Source: Bugula neritina (lineage: Eukaryota; Animalia; Bryozoa). From it: a stretch of DNA of 64,000 bases. Numbering within the stretch: the first letter of the stretch is position 1; every line of letters begins with the position of its first letter. The position numbers were made by a program, and so were the translations under genes. The stretch covers positions 28,255,673 to 28,319,672 of the forward strand of contig OZ037766.1 of the NCBI GenBank assembly GCA_964035545.1. The letters run 5' to 3'. Below are positions 45,032 to 58,670 of this stretch, in pieces. The notes beneath the pieces were generated by a model. It searched no databases and was not told where the DNA came from. It saw nothing but the letters and a program-made list of their open reading frames with translations.

Positions 45032-47612
45032 GGCTTGTAACAGTTCCTTGTAGTGACAATATGCCTGAAATTTAATCATTTTAAATAAAAACTGCTCACA
45101 TAATTTTTTATTACAGTTTAGCGCAATGTAACACTTAAATTTTCAAACAAAACTAAATTTTTATAAGAAATCGTAACTTGTACTCCTACAATGATCTAGG
45201 CTACTTTAAGTTGATAGAAGTTTATGCAGTCATTGGGCAGATAACTCCTTATGTTAAGTTAAAATATTGAAATATACTAATATAACTAATAAGTCACAAG
45301 GAGCATGCAATATAACATATTATAGCTATTTTCAGCCAGTAAATGATTACTAGATAATGATCATGCTAAACTTTAAGATTAATGGCTTACATTTATTAAA
45401 AAAAAACTATTTCAACAAGCAACTGCTGAATGAAATACTATATGATGTATGTTAAAATACATAATTGTAGTACATAATTTAAATGTTGTATAAAATATTA
45501 TGCATTGGTATCAATATTATACATGCATATAGAAAAAGATACTGCAAAACTATTGTATAAATTATTTATATTTGAATTGTGGTGTTACACTATAAGTTAT
45601 TATTGAACTTTGTTTAGTGTGTCCTCTATATTGGTACGTTGGTACTTATTTTTGGCAACTTGTCAGCATTTCCTATCTTATGTTTTATTACTCAAAGTAA
45701 ACAAGGAAACATAGTCTCAAAAGAAACAAAGAAATCGAAGTGTATTAGTGCCAAGTAAACAACTAGTTATAATTTCAATATAATTTTCTAAGTAGAAGTA
45801 ATTCTTAGCATTTCATAAGGAATAATCTATTGCCAACATTTACAAATATGTTCAGGAAGTAGTTGGTCAATATAAGTAGCTATAGATTATATTTACATGG
45901 ATTGTGACATATAAATAAATATTTACACAGGCTAAAATTCTTCTAAATTAACACAAAATTAATGGTCAATTGACACAATATTGCATGGTATACAAATGCA
46001 TAGTGAAAAACATTTGGGACTAGCCTAGTCTCTCGAATTTCATGAATTTTTCCTACCCCTTGTTATACAAAGGGTAATATGTTATTTCTTCCAATATATT
46101 CATCTTATAATGCACCTCAGAGCAATGTAATAATTGTGAAAGTATGTAGTAGCCACTAACCTTTACAGCTGATCAATCGAAATCCAAGCAAATGAATATC
46201 ACCAGTTTACACTCTTGCTCTCGCTTGCCTATAGTATCAGTATAAGCGTTGAGGTTTATATGTGCTATGTTATGTTATGATCACGCGAGCTTATTTATGT
46301 CCTCAAAACCTTTATCGTTTGATTGCACCACCACCTGCCATGCATAACAATCATTACATTCATTGCAATAGCAGGGCAGGTTATTGAGTTATTAAGAAGC
46401 AACATCCGTGATGGTGCAATGCACGGGAATAGATCCTTGATCTCTCAAGACAGTCATTGTTATAGTTGTATAGTAACGATTATGGACACTTCAGTGTCAT
46501 GTGACAAAAATAAACGACCCAAGGATTTTATTGCCAGAACGGCTTTCGTATTGATTTGATAGCTGATTTATTTCGTAAACTACCGATGAAAAAAGAGACT
46601 AAGGCTATTGGTTTTTCCACGTTAGTACCAGAACTGGTTATTTTCAAGTTCATTGGGTAGAATGCTAGAAACAGCACCGAGTTAGTATAGTGGTTCGGGA
46701 GGGTCTTAAGTTTCAAGGTTTTGAGTTCGGAAAACGATATGTATGCAAACGCTGTAGGCTACTCAGCAACCCTAACTCAAAGCTGCTTTTAGCGGTTTTT
46801 GTAGTACTAGTTTGTTGGCAATGCCTTCAACGACAACTGAGTCCGTTGAGTGTTGGTGCAATGGAAATATAGCAGTAACTGCACGACTTCAACATAATCT
46901 TAAATCAAATGATTGTTTTCAATACTAGACTTAGGTATGCAGTTGTTTATTAGTTGTTGTATTGTAAATCAGACTTATTTCAGGGTGTGATGACGAAGCC
47001 ACTAAATTGAGAACGGCAGAATGAGAATCACTATCAGAATGACTATGAGAAAGTGAGAATGAGAACGGCGATGACCATTATTTACCAGAGCCCCACTCTT
47101 CTTATGTTAATGAGTGAGCTAAAAAGAGAAAGTCAGTGACTTGGGGATAATTAATTATCAAATTTAATGACACTCATTATGATAATCAATATGATATGAT
47201 AATAATCATAATTATAATAAATATAATTATAATAAGGGTAATTATACTGATTATTTAAACTTTTACTTTCAGCTTGACTTTATTCCTGTTTGCTTAGTGA
47301 AACAAATTAGAGTAAATGAGTTTTTAGGGCTGTTGCTGTAGAAACATATATCATAATTCAGATGTGACTAACACTGACTGTAACTGTCTCTAACTGTTGC
47401 CATTGGTGCCAGAGTGTTTTTATTTTAAGTCATTTAGCTATAATACTTCTATTAGTAGATTACTTATGGTATTAGAGTCATTCTAATGTCTTCAACTTAT
47501 TTTAATTCACTAACAGTAGATAAATTATAGCAACAATAGCTTGGCTGATTACTTATGATTATATTGAATTATAGTGTTATATATTGTACATGATAATTAT
47601 TTTACTAATAAT

Positions 47613-47932
47613 GGTGTCCAGTAAATATGACACCAGTAAAATGGCACTAGTAAAATGGCACCAGTAAAATGGTATCAGTAATATGGCACCAGTAAAATGG
47701 CAGAGGTAAAAATGGCACATTTTCAATATTACGGTTTAGGGTGGGGGTTGACGTTAAAGGGTTGGAGGATGAGGTTGAGGTTTAGGGATGGGGGTTTGAG
47801 TTTGGGGTTTGGATTTAAGGATTGGGGATTTAGGTTTCGAGTGAGGGGTTTGGGAAAATTTAACATTAGTGTGCCATTTTTACCTACTTTCCATTTGTGC
47901 CATTATTACCTGTGCAATTTTTACCTAAAATC
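47613..47932. mobile_element. Foldback/Mutator-like MITE with modular inverted arms and a telomere-like core
   Basis: Left arm is tandem ATGGCACCAGTAAA ending in AGGTAAAAATGGCAC. Right arm carries GTGCCATTTTTACCT repeats. The core is GGTTTAGGG-like. The 9-bp flank ACTAATAAT occurs at 47604-47612 and 47933-47941. Confidence 0.6.
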
Positions 47933-50147
47933 ACTAATAATATTATTAGTTGTCTAGTTCGAATCTTACTCAAGACTGTCACTTATTGGTGTAAAAAATT
48001 TACTCAAACTTCAAGATTGGAGTATTACTACTACTAATAGTCTATTAGTATTGCTTATATTGCTACTAATATTCATAATAATATTGCTCTTGAGGTTTGT
48101 TTAGTTGTGGTTTCAGTTCTAGTGATTGGTTTATAAATTGTAGTTGTATCAGTTATTCTTAAATTTGATGTCAATTTCTTATTTATTTCTAGTATTGCAT
48201 TACGTGAACTTATTAAAGTTCAAACAGTAAGCTACTGGACCTGAATTGAAACCAAGTAGTATTAGTAGCCTACCAAGTCTACCTCCATAAACTTATATAA
48301 TATTTTAATATCTTCCTTTCCCCTGGACTGGTTGGCTAAAAAATACAATACTTTATATATCTGTCTTAGAATGGCTATTGTTATTTGCTATGCTTGCAAT
48401 TGCAAAGTGAATATAACAAGTATGTAGTATTCACCTTTTATATGACACCATTGACATTTTAACTGTTTGGCTTAGTATTTGGAGTGAGTTTTGTATACAA
48501 TGCATTTTTAGCTAAACTAATTAAAGATTCCTATTTATTTTGAAATGATAATTGTATGAACAGTTGTCTACTAAGTGTGGCTATAGTCTTTCTATTTTTG
48601 TCACTAATAGGTATTTGGTGTTTGTATTACTGAAGATGCAATTTCTTCAGGAGTGAGTGTACACACTTCAGCTAGTGCTTTTTACAAACATCCTAATCCT
48701 CACCTATTCTCATCTATCTTCGCTTTAGTCTCTTTGGGACTTTTACAAAGAATCCTAATGGTAACATCAAATCATCTTTTGTTACAGTTCATTTTTCAAT
48801 CAACTCATTTATTATTTAAGTTAAAAGGAAACTTGTTTTAATATACTGCTATTTGCATAATCATGCACTTTTTAGGTTTCCCAAACATATCTCTGCTATT
48901 GAGCTAAATACATGCATAGTTATTACTAGCATTTCACATTGCATACGTATAGTAGTATCTATAGAGTATTTAGTAAAATTTATTTTAAGGCGTACTAAAT
49001 AATGAATTTATTTATCACAGAATTTACAAACACCACATAATTATATGCATTATTTAATATAAGAAATGCACTTTTTTTTGAATTGATATATATTTTGTAA
49101 AACTAACCTATGTGTTCTCTATTCTACAACATGGTGTTGTCGAGGAGCTTAAATTTACACAGTAGATATATTTGATTTTAACATTATATTTAAAATATGT
49201 CTCCATTTCTAATAAAGCATTTGAGTGAAGACTAATTTGTAAAGAATATCAGCCTACTAATACATTCCAGTATCTGGTTCAGGGCAACAAGGCCATTTAA
49301 TTTCTGTGGGTGTTGTAAGAATATTTAATTTGTATTTAGCTTTGAAAACAAATTTGATTTTAGAATTATTATCACTAAAAGCATTTTGCATTTTACACAA
49401 ACTCAACTAATCAAAAGTTATGAAGCTGAAAAATTAAGAGAAAAAATGAAAATCATGATGCACATTCTCGGGGTCAAAAACTAGGGGGTGCCGTGATGAG
49501 AAATCAACACATTGATCAAAATTTAAGTTTATTGCTAGTTTTATGAGCTATTGATATGTCAGGTATATATGCATATATACGTACTAATAGTAAGTAAATG
49601 CTAAGGAGAAAATATCTGGGTGATATAGTGCAATAAATGCTAATTCATTACTTTAAGGAGTACATCAGAATTTTGTGACAACCAGCAAGATATGCTGTCA
49701 TTATGCATCTGGGAAACTATTCTTTACTGTTTGTCTTAGGCCTACATTTCAGAGAAGCTGAGCTGCATTGAACATCTTGCACTGAACATAAAAATGGTTC
49801 CTAATAGCTTAAGAAACAGCTTATCAATATGACTTTACAGAGTGTCTTACTTTTTGTCAATCTGTTACTTCCAAATGCTGACGTACATCCACTTATAAAT
49901 ATAATTATATATCTCATAGAAAAGTTTGCATAGAATGAAAGAAAGCATGGTAGATTATGAGCTCTGGAGACAAAAATGTATATTTCAGATTTGACATGAA
50001 TCACCATATAGTATATAAGCATTGAATATAATGTAATGCTATAAGTATTTTATAATAGTTCACAAAAAGCTAAATAGTATATCATTATTATAGATATGCA
50101 CAAACTTAAAACTACATGTATTTCTTTCTGTTTATTATTGAAAAAAA

Positions 50148-53100
50148 TTATGAACATTCAGAAAGAAGCTTCTCTATCTTCTGATTAATTTCAGTCAACT
50201 GAGGATGTGTGGAGTCACATGACCCAAGTCTCTGCTTGCACAAAGCCAGTTGATAAGCATCTAATGCTTGCTGGTGAAAACTTAAAGATTTTGTTTTAGT
50301 GTCGGTTTTTTCAGCTAAGGCCAAGTACATGTCTCCTTTGTTTACTAAAATTTCGGCAATGTCAAGTGAATTGGCTATGGGGTTGTTTGATTCTATAATT
50401 TCTAAAGCTTCAGCAAAAAGCTGTTCAGCTAGCAGACCATCCCCATTTTTCCAATTGTTGAAAGCTTGGCCAGCTTTGGTATGAGCTTTATAAATGTAGG
50501 AATGTTTATCTTTCTTGCTTAAACATTCAAACATTTGTAATGACATGGCAAACAAGTCTACTGCTTCATCATGGAAACCTAAATATGCCAAGTTATAAGC
50601 AAGACTAATTTCTACATTTCCTGTTTGAGAATGAGGTGTGTTGAAGCGAGACAAATTGAGGAATATAGATGTGGCTATGCCATAAAACTCTTTTGAGTCA
50701 CATATATCTATTGATGCCATCAGACGAGCTAGCTGCTCATTAGTACCATAAATTTGTGTGGTCATTACAAACGATTCTAAATAATGCTCTGAAAAAGTTA
50801 TACCTTTTTTTATTGATTGTGTTGCAACTCCGAGGTGGTATTGTATATTGGCAATGTCTCTGTGGCACGAACTTTCTCCGTAAAGTTCTAAAAATACTTC
50901 CAAACTTTTTTGATAATATAAAGCAGCTATTTGATAGTACTTAGTGTATCTGTAGACTGTTCCCATAGTCCAAACTGCATGCCCCAAAATCACTGTTGGG
51001 ATATTAAAAAATTTAATGCGCTCTTCTGGTGATATCAAGGCCATATCAATGGATAAAACTTGTTCAGTATTGGATCCTACAGATTCATCAAAGCATATTT
51101 GCAAAACTCTTAAAAGGTGTTTATGCGATTTTTCATAATTAAACATGAAGAGAAAACATTCTCCTATTCTCAAATGCATTTTAGCCACCATCCATGTATC
51201 TTGTATTGCTAAAGGCTCCAGAATGCTTAATGATCTTTTGGCATGCTCAGCAGCTTGGCTGTATTGGTGCATCCCATAATAGCTTGTCCCTAGCTGAGAA
51301 TGTGCATCAGCTAAGAGAAACTGTAGTGACTCATTACTATAAAACTGTGCACAGCGACACTCAATCATTGCTAGCATTCGCTCATTGTATTGCAATGATA
51401 TGTTTTCCTGTCTGTTCTCATTTAAGGAATGCGTCAAGGCCTTTACACAACGAAATATTTTATGTAAATCATCTGGAAATTGCTGTTGAAATTTGAAAAT
51501 AGTTTGCTCAGGGTTTTGCATGAAATCTGTTTCGCAAATATGCTCTCGAAAAAAGTTTCGGCTTTCTGACCATCTGTTACAGTAGTGGTAGGTTTGGAAT
51601 TCTACCAACCAGCTGGGTGCGCTAATCTCTAATGCCAGGATACTTGCCAACATTTTAGTGTCTAACAGTTTATTGATATGGTTTTTCAATGAAATCGAAT
51701 GTCTACAATACAAATTGAAAAGTTTTTGTGAAAGAATCCATCGTTTTCCTGCTATTTCTGAAATTTTAGGAAATAGTCTTGGTCTTATCTCTTGTAGCTC
51801 ACTTATTGGCAAAAGAGAAATTCGTTCGTCTTGGGATTCATAGTACGCATATGCTGAAAGTCTAAAGTAGCAAGAACAGGCTAGCATAAATGACAAAGTA
51901 AAATATAAAGAGCTTGATATCTTGTTTTGTTCTTTTAAAGTTTGAAGGTTTTGCCAAGAGTTTGGCCCAAATGCTTCAAGTAAAATTGATATATGAGTAA
52001 GAAAGATTGAAGGATATCTGTAAAGTTCATCTTTAGCGTGTAGAGAAAACCCTTTGTTAACAAATTCATCAATAGGTTTGAAATCAAACTTTTCAGAATC
52101 CGCTTTAAACATCTCCAAGTTAGCCTGATTTCTTTTGCTATTAGGGCTTATGTTTTGTATTTTATTGAACTGCTTTTCCAAAATTTTGCTGTTAGAACCT
52201 TTTCTATAAACAATATGTCCTTGCATGATCGTAGATGCAAAATCTCCGATTATTTCTTGTTTAGTTTCTGCAGGATTGAGCAATGTTTGAATATATTTGT
52301 CTTCTAGTTCTATAGGAGAAAATATGTACTCATAATCTCCATTATTGCCATTCCCAGTAGGAATGTTTCCTGCAACATTTTTCAGACCATCTATTTTAAA
52401 ACCACTTTTGAACTTATCATGATACCAACTTTTTAGTTCTTTGATTGCCATGCATTCCAATTTTGTTTCTTGAAGGTTGCCTATGAGAAAGTAACTTGAA
52501 AGAGCCAGTTTGTGAAAATATTCCATAGTGTGCTCATTTTTCACTTCTATGAGAAACATGTACTCAACATCTGAGTATGGTGTAGCTTCCCCTTTAGCAA
52601 GGGAACCCAATGCAATCACACAAAATGAGCAAGGCAGCTCTTCTAACATACTTTGAATGCTGATATCAACTATTTCGCCTAAAAGACTAACCATGCGATC
52701 TGTGCAGTAGAGAGACAGGCAACGTATGCTGCCATGGAACCGGTCAAATTCTGCTGGTAAAGTGATATCTTCTGCTACAGTTTTCAATTTTCTTAATTCC
52801 TTATAACAATATTCTCTGGTGTTACTTAAATGCAATTTTATAGCTTTTATATTTTGCAAGCTTTTTTGGTAGTCAAAGGCATAAATATTATATTTTATAT
52901 ACTTCTTTTGAATATCAAATGCTTTTTTATTCCATCTATCTGCATTTTCACTCCCAAGACTTCTTGCAGCCACAGAATTACATAGAGCGTGTGCCTGAAA
53001 TACAATCAAATGGAGGGTTAACATTTAAATAATAATATTTTAAAAGCTCTGTGACAAAAAATATATTTTGCATAAGCAAGCATATTACTCAATATTTTTG

Positions 53101-56100
53101 AAGATAACATAGCACATGTCATAGAAAATAGAAGCTTCCTAGCATCTCAAAAATGATATTATCATGATGATATATAATTTTAATACATTTTATTGTATCT
53201 AAACAACATAGCTCTAATCTAATCAGCAGTTTGCAAGTGATGAAAGACATCTGGTAAAATTGCTGTTGTGACACATCACAAGCCTTCTAACTATGTTGGG
53301 ATGATAAAAGTCAGAAGTTCCTTATGTGTACTAATCATATTCACATATTATATCAATATCTGTTCAATACTACATGTGGTTGATGCTGTAGCACAGCTTA
53401 TAGACAAAAGTTCCTGGTGTGTACAACTTATACACATCATATACATGTATGTACTATTGCATATGTAATGTATGCCGCGTATGCTATAGTACAGGCATTT
53501 AGCTGCATGGATCACCTGAGGTCCTGTATAGTATCTTAAGCACTTAAAGCCCACCTTGAGCGCATCTGTCCAATGCCCTGTTCTCTCATACTTCTCTATA
53601 TAACCATCAGCTAGTTTACTGAGGTGAGGTATTTGAGCTGTCAGGTTGTAGGGACCTCCATGAGCACTGTAATAGTCTCGTTTGAATGCATCTAAATCTT
53701 CTTTGGAAATCTGAAATCAAATTGTCATGCACTTTTACTGAACATTTTATGATGCGCTTTATTTTTTATTAAAACTTGTGCAAATAATTTCGTAAAATAT
53801 TGCGTTTCCCTTTGTCACTTATTTAATTTATTGAGCTCAGTATAAGATTTTTCATATAACCAACTTCCCCCCCCCCAGTCAAGTTGAAGTTTTACTAATA
53901 GCCTGGATAATGATAACTGTATATTAAGTTCAAATTAGACTAAATTTCTAGATCAGTGTAGTTGCAATTGATTTTATTATATTCGAGGAATAAGTATATA
54001 AGAACTTGCTATATAACATCAATTAGCCTATTGTATTGACTATATAAAATGAGCTTCTCAAACTTTTTGGCGAAGCCTTTGATTTAGGTGAACAGTTTTA
54101 AAAAATCTACCACAAAGTCGAGAGTTGCACTTTCAATATCAATAAAAAGATAAAAAGATAAAATATTAAACGATTGAATCTTATCACATAGATTTAGCTT
54201 TTCAAAAAGCCTTAGCCTGTTTTTTAGATGTCTAAAAGAACAGCCTGGGGACAGCTACACCATTAGTTGGCTTATAAGCAATGCTATTATAAAGTACTTT
54301 TAAATGCACACATATTTTGCTGTTTTATCCAGAATACAATGTGCATGTTTTTCTATTTTGAAATAGTCAGTATAATAACTGTTTCGGTATCTACATTCAT
54401 CATAACAGGGCACACAGTGTCACTAGTGTTGACAGGCATTAGGCTGTTAAGCTCATTGACATGATGACCTAATTTTGGTAATATTTATTGCTGGTTGAGC
54501 ATTAAAATATTATGCTTTGTTGACAAAATATAAGGTCTGATTGAAAGCTAATTTGATTGTGTCAAAGAGTGTATGCTATCATGGCGTAGTATAATAATTA
54601 TAGTGAAATTTGTGAAACATAAACTTAGACCGTATATTCGTGGATTTATACACTTATAAGATTGACAAGAAATCAGCAAAAAGCTCATTTGGCCAAGTAA
54701 TCAGCCCTTGTCATCCACATTCTAATTTTAGTTTTGATTTGATTTGCTCCAAAGACCCAAGAAATGATGTTCTCAACCCAACGTGCTAAACCTCATGCCC
54801 TTACTCTTGTATATTGAATGGAACTAACATTTTAATGGCTGATAAAGTGAGATACCTTGGTGTGTTAGTGGATCAGAATTTGAGATTTTATGAACATGTA
54901 CAATCAGTACTTACAACAGTATCAAGAAGAATGTATATTGTGAAGAATTTTGTGTATCTTAGCTCTAAACCTCTAATAAATATATTATTCAAAAGTTTCA
55001 TCATGTCCCGCATCGCCTATTGTCTACCTATTATTTTTACTTGTATCTATGCCCGTGATAAAAAGGCTATTCGAAAGATTTTCAAAGATTGCTCAAAACT
55101 TGGGATTGAGTATCTAAACATTGAATTGCACATTCAGAAACTCACTAAAGAACTTGCCATCAAATATATAGTAGACAATGACTATTTTATCAATAACTTT
55201 TTGATTCAATGCCCTTCTGGAAGATATTGAACCATCAAATATATAGAGGGGCATGGGGCAGAGATAACTTCTTGCAACATATTGTAAATAATTTAATAAG
55301 CTTCTATTTTAAACAATCCAACAGAGTTTTGACTTTTTCTCTCATTTTTGTTCATTCCTACTTATATTATAGTGAGTATTTACACTGAATTTCGCAATGT
55401 GTTGTCATGTTTGTAATATTGTGGTAAATATTAAGAGTTATCCCCCTTGACACATTACTTATGGATATTTTTCTAAATACTGTAGTTATAGCTAAGTATG
55501 TGGCGTAACTTTCTAATACTTTAAATACTATGGCTATTGTTAAGCTTTTAGCATAGTAAATAGTTAATCCCCTTTCCCCCAATTACAAGTTACAATACGC
55601 ATACACTTGGTTGGGTTCATTTTTGTTGATTCATCTAAACCGACAGTTGGACAGCCCTGAATCTATACTGTAGAAAACATAGTTAATTTGTTGTATAATA
55701 TGCGATTGTATACAATTTGCGGCAATCCACGTGACCCTTTGAATAACAGCAATATATAGCATTGCAGCTGAGCTTTTACTTTCTGGTTACTGATGTAATT
55801 GCTGCCGCAATTCAGTGGTAAAATTTAAAGGATACGAAGTGATATACTGTAACCCCACCAGACTTTGACCACTGAACTTGTAGTGTAACAGTTGAATATG
55901 TAGAAACCTGAAGTGGTTTATTTTATATGAGGCCATGCTGGATTACATTGCTAAAAGATCATATAACATTTTCAGGAACGTTATATGCTAAGCACTTGAC
56001 TGAATAAAGTTTATAGACCTGAACACCGCTTTGAAAAGCTGATGATATTTTAAATGCATCCAATCATAGTTACTGCGAGTTTTATTTAGGATCTAGAATT

Positions 56101-56352
56101 ATACCTTTAAAAGCAGTAGTAGATAAAATGAGAGAGCCCGAGTTTTTTATTTTTTATGAACTCTTGGTTTGGGGTGCAGGTTGAAGTTCTTGCTATAGAG
56201 CATAACTTCTTTTGCTACATTTCTAATCTAAAACACAGGTGCTTCTCAATTTCTCCATTACTGCACTTACTACTTGTTACCCCTATCTTTAGAGGTATAA
56301 ATAATATTACTGAAGTACTTACAGCATAACTGTCCTCGTTGTGTAATGCCAT
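50148..56352 (-). CDS. Pol-beta-fold nucleotidyltransferase (GlnD/DUF294-like) + helical domain + C-terminal TPR array, ~1010 aa; exons 56352-56323, 53710-53555, 52994-50148
   Basis: Catalytic motif FCVIALGSLAKGEATPYSDVEYMFL (hGS...DxE) at ~52630-52550. TPR-like repeats include LADAHSQLGTSYYGMHQYSQAAEHAKRSLSI and HRDIANIQYHLG. Two short phase-0 5' exons splice in frame. Confidence 0.8.
54750..55290 (+). mobile_element. 5'-truncated, degenerate non-LTR retrotransposon (CR1/L2-group RT C-terminus), antisense in intron 1 of the NTase gene
   Basis: KTQEMMF, then a frameshift, then LNGTNI...VRYLGVLVDQNLRFYEHV...LFKSFIMSRIAYCL, which is the typical LINE RT thumb region. Confidence 0.85.
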
Positions 56353-57764
56353 AACTTTCACTCAGTAACACTCTATGATGGAAAAGATAAATTAGGTACA
56401 CGTAATTGTTGAACAGCTATAAGCTGCTTGTCAACTATAAGTTATATATATATACCTGCATCAAGTTAGAATTTATAGTGACACACTTGGAAAGAACCAC
56501 TGAATGCTGTTGATGCATAAAGTAAAAAGAATTTATCAGATCTTTATTTAAATAGCCAATCAACTAGCAGTTGAACAAAGCATATACATCAACTATCCAT
56601 TCCTATAGAACTTTTATCAGATGATCATCATTTCATCATATACACTGTGAATAAAACAGAACTTCCGGCGGCATATATTATAACCTACATACATACATAT
56701 TTTCCTTATGACAGTAAAAGCAATTATAGTTGGAAAACAGATATATATTAGCCTGGGTGTAACTGTTGCATATAATATACTGTGTATTGGGCAACTATAA
56801 CCATTCACCCCTTATGGTTTGCAGGCTAAGTATGTGCGATAAGTTTAGGAGACATCTGCAGTAAATTATCTAACTGTTAAATTTAATTTATAGCATTTAA
56901 CCTAGAGATCATGACATATATAGACAAAATTAGTTCATATAATAATGCTAGATAGATAAATTAACAATCAACGTAATATTACTGTGCATAAATAAGACTA
57001 TATTTTCAGCTTGCTATTTTGAGAATGTATATGTAACACATTTTCTAGGTTGAGCAAAATATTTTTTCTATATAATGGGGTTATCTCCCTTGGAGACATG
57101 TTCTGCAGATTGCATTATATTTTCTGTATTGCATATATAACAACGCAACACACACAACACAACAACACAGGGAAAAATTAAGCAGATATATTTTAATTCA
57201 GATTTCAATCTTTGCACTTTGTATGATAAAATATTATATAATAGCTAAAAATATGCTGTTGGTTAGGGCTTTATATAAAGTCTACATACTGGTGAGCAGA
57301 CAACTTCGTAATTGAGAGTTCTAAAGCATGCAACAGCTTTATTACAATTTTGAATCAATACAAAATAAATTTGATTATAATATTACTATTTTATTAAAAC
57401 TAAAAACAATAAAATTCAACCATTTAAAACAAAATAAACTAGTAATTCAACTACTTCTACAAGGTTAAATTAAATTTTAGGTTTATCAAATGAAAAATTT
57501 AAAGTATGAAGCAAAAGAGATTGTTAACTTGCTAAAGATAAAAACCTCTTAAGCACTATTTTGTGTAGACTGTCTAACTTTATTACATCATGAATTCACT
57601 TAACCTAAAGGAGCGTCAAAGTTACTTTAGCTATATATTGTCTATAACATGCATCAGTGTAAAGTGAGTATAGACAATTTTCAATAAGCTCTTTGGCATA
57701 AAACACAGATTTTATTTTATTTTATTTTAATATTATAGAGGTAATGAAACAAAGTTGAGTTACA

Positions 57765-57890
57765 GATAATCTATTTTGATAATCTATTATCTATTAATAA
57801 TTTATTATATTATTATAATCTATTAATAATAGATAATAGATAATCTATTATTATAATAGATAATCTATAATTATAGATAATCTATTTTGA
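57765..57890. repeat. AT-rich self-complementary low-complexity repeat (TAGATAATCTATTA)
   Basis: Seen directly. Confidence 0.75.
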
Positions 57891-58670
57891 TATTTTTTAC
57901 TGTGGTTTATAGTAGTTCAAATCTTAAAGATAAGAGTAGAAATTTATTTTTAGAGAGCTAGTACATACTTGCTCATGCATAGTATAATTATTGTGTTTAA
58001 CAGCTACTTAATTTTAAGATTGAACGAATAAAATATTCAAAATTAATTTTTCAGGTTTATAGTATCATACTATAATAATTGCATCATAGCTGCTAGAAGT
58101 CACTATACGTGCAAAATGTTTAGTAATTGCTGTCAATAGGTTTCGGCATACAAAAACCAATAAATTGTTTATAAAATAATTTTTGCTGCCAATGCATTTA
58201 TTTTATATCAACAGGATTGTGTCAGAATAAAAAAACCAAAATCAATCAAACCTGGCATAGACTTGTAGAAAAGAAATTAATCAAATATCAATCAATATAA
58301 CTTAAACCTAGCGTTTAACACAAGCTTTTGATGTAATTTTACTACATATAAATTATTTCTATATTTTATGATATGCGGTCTAACTTGTACTGAGGCTATA
58401 TTATATTATATTAAGCTTTTTTTACAAAAATAAAATTAAGGAACTGCAACATTTATATATTAAATTGTATAATATTTATTTTCTTCTTTAAATTCTTAAA
58501 ACTGGTATAACATGCACTATGTGAACGTACGTTACATACAATCACATGCAAAAAGAATAAATATATTTTTATTGCTGTACGCTGAATCACTTCCATTCAT
58601 TATAATGTTCTCATAATATACATTTTTTATACGATAGAATCTCCTGGCATATACTGCCCTTCAGTATTAG

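Noticed and set aside
46800-49800. Plus-strand spliced gene (exon-like segments near 46930, 46984 and 48650)
   Set aside because: Splice-like signals are present but no coherent ORF could be built. These may be UTR or lncRNA exons and cannot be supported.
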